In this document: in pieces, positions 48,166 through 54,225 of the stretch
How the letters are laid out: each line of letters begins with the position of its first letter
Numbering within the stretch: position 1 is the first letter of the stretch
Origin: an uncultured Olsenella sp.
GTDB lineage: Bacteria; Actinomycetota; Coriobacteriia; Coriobacteriales; Atopobiaceae
DNA: 64,000 bases
Reading direction: 5' to 3'
Assembly: GCA_949290055.1 (NCBI GenBank)
Contig: CASEQJ010000002.1
Span: forward strand, 38,010-102,009
Notes under the pieces: generated by a model
What the model saw: the letters and a program-made list of their open reading frames with translations, nothing else
Told to the model about the DNA's origin: nothing
Databases searched by the model: none
Translations under genes and position numbers: made by a program

Positions 48166-49113
48166 ATGATCATAAGCGCGAGCCGGCGCACGGACATACC
48201 GGCGTTCTACGCTGAGTGGTTCGCGAACCGCGTCCGCGAGGGGTTCGTGTGCGTGCGCAACCCCATGAACGCCCACCAGGTGAGTCGCGTGAGCCTCGAC
48301 CCGGCCCTTGTGGACTGCATCGTCTTCTGGACCAAGAACCCCGCTCCCATGCTCGAGCACCTCGACGCCTTCGCGGCTTACCCGTACTACTTCCAGGCCA
48401 CGCTCACCGGCTACGGCCGCGACGTCGAGGGCAACCTTCCCGACAAGCACGAGGTCCTTCTCCCCGCCATGAAGGAGCTCGCGCACAGAATCGGCCCCGA
48501 GCGCGTCGTCTGGCGCTACGACCCCATTCTCTTTAACGAGAAGTACACGCCGCAGTACCACCTGCGCGCGGTGCGCGAGATCGCGGAGGAGCTCGAGGGC
48601 TGCACGGAGAAGTGCGTCATCAGCTTCGTTGACACCTACCAGCGGAACCGCAAGAGCATTGAGACGCTCGGCGCGCGTGACGACCTGCCCTCCGAGCGGG
48701 AGTTCCGCGCCTTTGCGACCGAGCTCGCGGACACGGTGCGCGCCCACGGCATGGCGTGCGCGAGCTGCGCCGAGCGGGTGAACCTCGCCGACTGCGGCAT
48801 AAAGCACAACTGCTGCGTCGACCGCGCCCTGATCGAGCGCATTCTGGGCTGTCCCCTGGACGTCAAGAAGGACAAGACGCAGCGTCCGGAGTGCGGCTGC
48901 GTGACGAGCATTGACGTGGGCACCTACAACACCTGCCCGCACGGTTGCCGCTACTGCTACGCCAACTTCAGTCCCGAGTCCGTCGAGCGCAGCCGCGCCG
49001 CCTACGACCCGGCCTCCCCGCTTCTGTGTGATCGCCTGCGCGAGGACGACGTCGTGACGGACCGCAAGGTCAAGCGGCTCTCCTCGGGTCAAGCCACGCT
49101 GCCGTTCGCATAG
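48166..49113 (+). CDS. DUF1848 domain protein with a C-terminal CxxxCxxC cluster (radical-SAM-like)
   Basis: MIISASRRTDIPAFYAEWFANRVREGFV...IVFWTKNP is the typical DUF1848 N-terminus. The C-terminus reads ECGCVTSIDVGTYNTCPHGCRYCYAN. A strong AAAGGAG SD is present. Confidence 0.8.
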   Translation: MIISASRRTDIPAFYAEWFANRVREGFVCVRNPMNAHQVSRVSLDPALVDCIVFWTKNPAPMLEHLDAFAAYPYYFQATLTGYGRDVEGNLPDKHEVLLPAMKELAHRIGPERVVWRYDPILFNEKYTPQYHLRAVREIAEELEGCTEKCVISFVDTYQRNRKSIETLGARDDLPSEREFRAFATELADTVRAHGMACASCAERVNLADCGIKHNCCVDRALIERILGCPLDVKKDKTQRPECGCVTSIDVGTYNTCPHGCRYCYANFSPESVERSRAAYDPASPLLCDRLREDDVVTDRKVKRLSSGQATLPFA

Positions 49114-49162
49114 GGCCGCGCGCTGTCGCTCTTCCCGCCTGAGGGCCGTCGCACACGAGCGT

Positions 49163-49372
49163 GCGGCGGCTCCCTTTTCCTGCCAGACAGGGGTCGAACG
49201 GTACCCGTTTTGCCCGCGAGCGGATTTTTTTGGAGATTCCCGTTTACTTCCGGCGGGGGAGTGGGCATACTATCCACCGCGTAATTCAGAAGGGCGCCTC
49301 CGGGCGCAGCCGAGCACATCACTTTTCAGGTTTCAGCGTGTAAGAGGTAAGGGCAAGAGACATGATTACCAA
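49163..49372 (+). repeat. Copy B of the ~210-bp duplicated leader module
   Basis: See copy A. It begins in the 3' half of the terminator-like hairpin GCCGTCGCAC...GTGCGGCGGC (49145-49170). Confidence 0.9.
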
Positions 49373-49821
49373 AGAATCCATTTTCTAACTCAATAGGCTT
49401 CCATCGACGCTTCTGAGGGTCGTGCTGTGTCCCGCGCGGACGCCGAGCCCTCTCAAAAGTGCCGGTGGATTCTCATGTGGCTGCGTCGCATGAGCTGGCG
49501 TTCTTTGACAAACGAAGAGCGGGAGTGTCCCCTTGTCTCTTTTGGGTAGCCGCCTCGAGCGTGCCGTGACCCAACAACAGGAGAGCCGACGGGCGAGGAC
49601 CCTGGGAGAACAGGGGGCACGGACAGAGACCGCGGGCGTTGGTGCAGGAAAGCGCGGGAGCGGAGAGGAGGATTCGCGTGGGGCGGCGGTCCCCGGCACA
49701 AGCCCACCAACGGCCAGCAGCAATCAGAAAGCGGCAAATCACACGTCCACGGGCAAGCAGGAGCGGCAAGGGGAGCAGACGAATGGTCGGACGGCTCTCC
49801 GTCGCAGAAAGGAAGGTCAGC

Positions 49822-50718
49822 ATGACAATGCACGGTTCCGTTCTAGACGAGCGCATAGAGGGGGCGTTCTCGTTTGTCCCCACTCCCGAGCTTATCGTCG
49901 TAAGCCTGCGCATTGCGGCGGACATGCCTCTCGAGCGCTACTGCCTCGGGGGCGCCGCGCTTGCGGCATGCCAAGAGGTCATGGATTCGGACCTGGTTGG
50001 CCTTGAGGTCAAAACAAACGGTTCTCACCTGCCGTCTCAGTTGAGCTCGGTCCGCGAGGCCGTGGGCGTTGCGCTCCTGCTGGACGAGGCCTCCCAGAGC
50101 TCACGGGCTCGCGCCAAGACCCTCGCGAACCTGCGCGACCAGCTGATACGCGCCCTTCTCGCTCCGGTCGAGCGCTACGTCGAGCGACACCGCAGGGGGT
50201 GGGACCGGCGGCAGGAGGGCAGCGCCGGCTCACGCGCGAGACGGGCGTTTTGCTACGACGTGAGCATTCTCACGACGCAGCGAAGGGGGCCAAGGCCCAC
50301 CCCTCGCGAGGCTTATGCGCTGCTCTGCGCGCTCGCCTTTGCCGACGACGCGCACATTCGAGAGGCAATAGCGACCCTGGGAGGCCTCGACGGTCGCGAC
50401 GCGCTCGAGGCGCAGGCTCGCTACGAAGAACATTCGCGCTTCTTCTCCGGCTGCCAGTCCGCAAGCGCCGCGAGCGCATACAACAGCGTCGTCTATGCCG
50501 ACCATGGCGAGCCCGAGGGAATCGACGACCTCATTGAGGCGTGCGCGGGCGCGACGGAGCAGCCCGAGCCGATCTCCGGGGACACCGCGGCCGCGTTTCT
50601 CCACCTCTACCTCGAACCCATTGCGCTCATGGAGCGCTTTGGGGGAGGCTGCGCGCCCGGCGACCTAATCGGGAGCAGCCCCAACCCCACGCTCACCAAG
50701 CGAATCCTGGCGGCGTGA
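49822..50718 (+). CDS. Hypothetical protein (298 aa)
   Basis: An AAGGAAGG SD lies 6 nt before ATG 49822 (MTMHGSVLDERIEG...). No recognised domain. An in-frame TTG at 49639 would add a very basic extension, which I consider unlikely. Confidence 0.55.
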   Translation: MTMHGSVLDERIEGAFSFVPTPELIVVSLRIAADMPLERYCLGGAALAACQEVMDSDLVGLEVKTNGSHLPSQLSSVREAVGVALLLDEASQSSRARAKTLANLRDQLIRALLAPVERYVERHRRGWDRRQEGSAGSRARRAFCYDVSILTTQRRGPRPTPREAYALLCALAFADDAHIREAIATLGGLDGRDALEAQARYEEHSRFFSGCQSASAASAYNSVVYADHGEPEGIDDLIEACAGATEQPEPISGDTAAAFLHLYLEPIALMERFGGGCAPGDLIGSSPNPTLTKRILAA

Positions 50719-50761
50719 CCCGTCGCCCCTCTCGCTCGTTCACCCATACGTCGAAGGGATC

Positions 50762-52126
50762 ATGCACATGCACAACACCACCGTCGTCACCGAATCCACC
50801 CGCGCCCCCTACCGCGGCTCGACGATCGTCGGCCGCGACCGCTCCCTCGAGACCGACTCTTTTCTGACGGGACTCAACGACAACGTGCTCGTCATAGGTC
50901 CCTCTGGCGCGGGCAAGACGCGCCACGTGCTCAAGCCCAACCTGCTCCAGACGGGACCGAGCTTCATCGTGCTCGACACGAAGGGCACACTCTGTGCCGA
51001 CATGGCGCCGGCGCTCGTGCGGGCGGGCTATACCGTCGAGCGGCTCGACTTCGCCGGCGTCTGCGACCGGCCCGCGTCGCTTCCCGAGGGCGTGAGAAAC
51101 GTCGGGTACGACCCGCTCGTCTTCATTCGGCGCAACGCTGACGGCGGCGTGAACCAGCAGGACGTCATCTCCGTCGCCAGCGCGCTCTGCCCCGTCGAGA
51201 ACGGTGACGAGCCGTTCTGGGACCACGCCGCCTCGAACCTGCTCACCGCGCTCATCGCCTACGTCGTCGAGGAGCTGCCCCAGGAGGAGCAGACCTTCGC
51301 CGCGGTGATCGAGCTCGACGAGCACCTGCACGACGGCGCGACGTTTCGCCTGCTCGAGGAACTCGAGCTCACAAGTCCTCGGAGCCTCGCGGGCTCCACG
51401 TACCGCCGCTACGCCGCCACGCGGGAGTCCGAGCGGACGAACGCGAGCATAGTCGGCATAATCGCCGAGAAGCTCAGGTGCCTGGGCTTTGACGGGGCAC
51501 TTAACCTCTACACTGCCCCCGATCGGGTGGACTTTGCCCGCTACGGCCACGAGCGTCGCGCTCTGTTCGTGACGATCAGCGACGTCGACCGCTCGCTCGA
51601 CTCGCTCACGAGCCTGTTCGTCGCCCAGGCGTTCGGCGCGCTCATACGCGAGGCCAATCGCTGCCCGGGCGGTCGGCTGCCCCAGCCTGTGCGCCTCTTC
51701 CTTGACGACTTCGCGAACCTCTACATAGAGAACATCGACGACATCCTCGCCGTCGTTCGCAGCCGAGAGATCTGGTGCACGCTTCTGCTGCAGTCGGTGA
51801 ACCAGCTCGAGGCGCGCTACGGCCGCTCGCGTGCCATGTCGATCATGGGCAACTGCGACACGCAGCTCGTCCTGGGCTTCCAGGACCTCGACACGGCGCA
51901 CTGCTTCTCCGAGCGCGCGGACCGCATGCCCAAGACCCTGCTCGAGATGAGCCCGGAGCGCTCCTGGCTCTTCGTGCGCGGTCATGCCGCCGAGGAGATC
52001 GAGTCCTACCACCTCGAGGAGCACCCGCGCTACTTCGAGCTCCGCGAGGGCGAGGGCGCGGGCCTCGGGCGAGAAGAGCCCGCGCCCGCCTCGAGCGACT
52101 TCGACGACCCCGAGCTCCCACGCTAG
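50762..52126 (+). CDS. VirD4/TraG-like type IV coupling-protein-family ATPase lacking TM segments
   Basis: Walker A VIGPSGAGKTRHVLKPNLL, Walker B VRLFLDDFANL, and the T4CP-typical SREIWCTLLLQSVNQLEARYG. There is no hydrophobic N-terminal anchor. The start is 50762 or, with better SD spacing, 50768. Confidence 0.75.
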   Translation: MHMHNTTVVTESTRAPYRGSTIVGRDRSLETDSFLTGLNDNVLVIGPSGAGKTRHVLKPNLLQTGPSFIVLDTKGTLCADMAPALVRAGYTVERLDFAGVCDRPASLPEGVRNVGYDPLVFIRRNADGGVNQQDVISVASALCPVENGDEPFWDHAASNLLTALIAYVVEELPQEEQTFAAVIELDEHLHDGATFRLLEELELTSPRSLAGSTYRRYAATRESERTNASIVGIIAEKLRCLGFDGALNLYTAPDRVDFARYGHERRALFVTISDVDRSLDSLTSLFVAQAFGALIREANRCPGGRLPQPVRLFLDDFANLYIENIDDILAVVRSREIWCTLLLQSVNQLEARYGRSRAMSIMGNCDTQLVLGFQDLDTAHCFSERADRMPKTLLEMSPERSWLFVRGHAAEEIESYHLEEHPRYFELREGEGAGLGREEPAPASSDFDDPELPR

Positions 52127-52166
52127 CGCCTCTTCACGTCAGGAACCCCAACAGAAGGGACATCTC

Positions 52167-52763
52167 ATGAGCCACCAGATCCTCAGCCCCCACACCATGC
52201 GCGAGACCTCGCGCGGTATCTCGCTCACGAGCATTTACGACGAGATGCTCGCTCGCCGTGAGCTCTCCGTGACCGGCGAGGTGACGCAGGCCATGGCGTT
52301 CGACGTCTGCCAGCAGCTGCTGCAGCTCGAGCATACCGACCCCGAGGCAGAGGTCACGCTCTACGTGGCGAGCCCGGGCGGCAGCGTCTCGGCCGGCCTC
52401 GCCATAGTGGACACCATGCGCACGATCTCCTGCCCCGTGCGCACCGTGTGCCTGGACACGGCCGCGTCCATGGGTGCGGTCATTTTCGTTTGTGGCGACC
52501 GCCGGGAAATGTTCCCGCACGCCGAGCTCATGATCCACGACCCGCTGATCCAGAACGCGGGCGGCTCGGCGCTCTCCGTGCAGGAAACGAGCCGCCGCCT
52601 CATGGGCCTGCGCCGCACCCTCAGCCAGATCCTGGCCGAGCGCAGCGGCCTCTCCGTCAAGCGCGTGCAGACGCTCACCGCGCGCGACACGTTCCTCACC
52701 GCCGAGCGTGCCTGCGAGCTGGGCTTTGCCGACGCGATCGTGAGCCCGCGCAAGGCTGCGTAG
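52167..52763 (+). CDS. ClpP-fold serine protease family protein
   Basis: 198 aa with YVASPGGSV, the catalytic Ser context DTAASMGAVIF, the His context LMIHDP, and the Asp context LTARDTFLTAERACELGFADAIV. Confidence 0.8.
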   Translation: MSHQILSPHTMRETSRGISLTSIYDEMLARRELSVTGEVTQAMAFDVCQQLLQLEHTDPEAEVTLYVASPGGSVSAGLAIVDTMRTISCPVRTVCLDTAASMGAVIFVCGDRREMFPHAELMIHDPLIQNAGGSALSVQETSRRLMGLRRTLSQILAERSGLSVKRVQTLTARDTFLTAERACELGFADAIVSPRKAA

Positions 52764-52798
52764 GGACGCACATGTTCCCAGAGGAAGGAGGTGTGGAA

Positions 52799-53101
52799 AT
52801 GGCAGAGAACGACCAGCCGACGTTTTTTGAGGCGAACCCCACGTACGCGACGCTCGTCTTCGCGGCGCAGGACGCCCGCGAGCGCCTCGTGGAGGCGCTC
52901 TCCGGTGAGCTCGACCGGCGCCTGACGCTGGAGGGCGACCCCGAGTACGAGCGCTACGGGCGTCCCAGCAACGACGAGTACCTCGCTGACTACGTTCACG
53001 CGCTGTGGCGCGTTCGGGAGTACGAGAACGAGCACCCGGACGAGGCTCGCGCCTGCGCGGAGCGGTTCGGCGCTGCGGCGCGCGTGGAGGGAATCGAGTG
53101 A
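52799..53101 (+). CDS. Hypothetical small acidic protein (100 aa)
   Basis: A strong GGAAGGAGG SD is present. Starts MAENDQPTFFEANPTYATLVF. No recognised domain. Confidence 0.55.
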   Translation: MAENDQPTFFEANPTYATLVFAAQDARERLVEALSGELDRRLTLEGDPEYERYGRPSNDEYLADYVHALWRVREYENEHPDEARACAERFGAAARVEGIE

Positions 53102-53197
53102 TTGGAGGAAGCCAAGCGACCTGAGCACGACCAACCAGGCATGCAAGCGTGAACGAGGTTGACGGCGCAGCCGTCTCAGAGAGAAAGAGGGAGTTGC

Positions 53198-54148
53198 ATG
53201 AACGGCACCACTATTCCTTTCGAGAAGAACGACGAGGTCAAGGGCGGGCTCTCAGCAGCCGCCGTCAGGCGCTATGAGCCCCTGGTCACGAACGGGACGA
53301 TTCGCTCGTTCAATGGCTTTCTTGCCGGCCTGTGCTGCCCCGAGGGAGAGATCGGGACGTTTGCCCCTGGCGTGAGGTACCTCTGCGAGCGCCTGGACGG
53401 GGCGAGTCACGCCCTGCTCGAAAGGAGCGGGTTCTTCTCGCTCGAGACGGAGGAGGCGCGCGCCGGGCTCTTGGAAAGCTCGCCGGAGGCGACCCTCGGC
53501 ATGGGTCTGCAGACGTCCTGTCTCGTGCTTGGTACGCAGGTCAAGAGCTCCATGGAGAAGTGCGAAGCCGTGCGTGCAGAGTGGCTCGCCGCAGACGACC
53601 TTGACGAAGTCGACGACTTCAACGACGAGGACGAAAACCTCGAGTGCCTTCCCGTCAGCGAGCTCTCGGTCATTGTCGGCCTCGTTCCGGACGGAATGGC
53701 GCAGGCGCTTCTCGCCGCCTTCCACACCATCGTGCACGACCCCGCGCTCGAGGCGCTTCTCGACGTCATGGTGTCGCTTATCGACGGGGACATTGAAAAG
53801 GAGGAGGGCGGCTGGTTCATAGAGACCGACGTCGCCCTTGGCGTTGCGTTCATGTGCGAGCAGTTCCTCCGCTTCGCCGAAAGCCACCGCGGCGAGCAGA
53901 GTCTGGTTGAAATCAGCGAGGACCGCCTTAACCTCCGCGACGGGGGAGACCCGGTGCTTGACGGCCTCTACGACCATGTGGGGGACGACGGCTGGTTTGC
54001 CTCGCTTTCCGAGGACGAGCGTCGCCGCCTCGAGGCGTGGTCGAGCGGCGAGGGGTTCGAGGCGTGCTTCGCCCTGACGCTCCTCACGATCGGCATGCTC
54101 GCGGGCAACGTCCGTGACAACGCCGCCGTTCGGGTGGTCAACCGCTAG
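53198..54148 (+). CDS. Hypothetical protein (316 aa) with an acidic central patch
   Basis: An AGAGGGAG SD precedes ATG 53198. It has a D/E-rich central segment (AADDLDEVDDFNDEDENLE). No recognised domain. Confidence 0.55.
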   Translation: MNGTTIPFEKNDEVKGGLSAAAVRRYEPLVTNGTIRSFNGFLAGLCCPEGEIGTFAPGVRYLCERLDGASHALLERSGFFSLETEEARAGLLESSPEATLGMGLQTSCLVLGTQVKSSMEKCEAVRAEWLAADDLDEVDDFNDEDENLECLPVSELSVIVGLVPDGMAQALLAAFHTIVHDPALEALLDVMVSLIDGDIEKEEGGWFIETDVALGVAFMCEQFLRFAESHRGEQSLVEISEDRLNLRDGGDPVLDGLYDHVGDDGWFASLSEDERRRLEAWSSGEGFEACFALTLLTIGMLAGNVRDNAAVRVVNR

Positions 54149-54225
54149 CGGCGCCCTCTCCGGGGCGGGTGGGCCCCGCCCCGGATTCGGTGCGTCCGAT
54201 CAACGCAACGTCAAGGGAGCCGCGA

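Noticed and set aside
49639-49821. In-frame TTG start that would extend the first gene of cassette 2 by 61 very basic residues.
   Set aside because: A strong AAGGAAGG SD sits directly before ATG 49822. The extension is low-complexity R/K/S/G-rich. It is kept only as an alternative in the findings.
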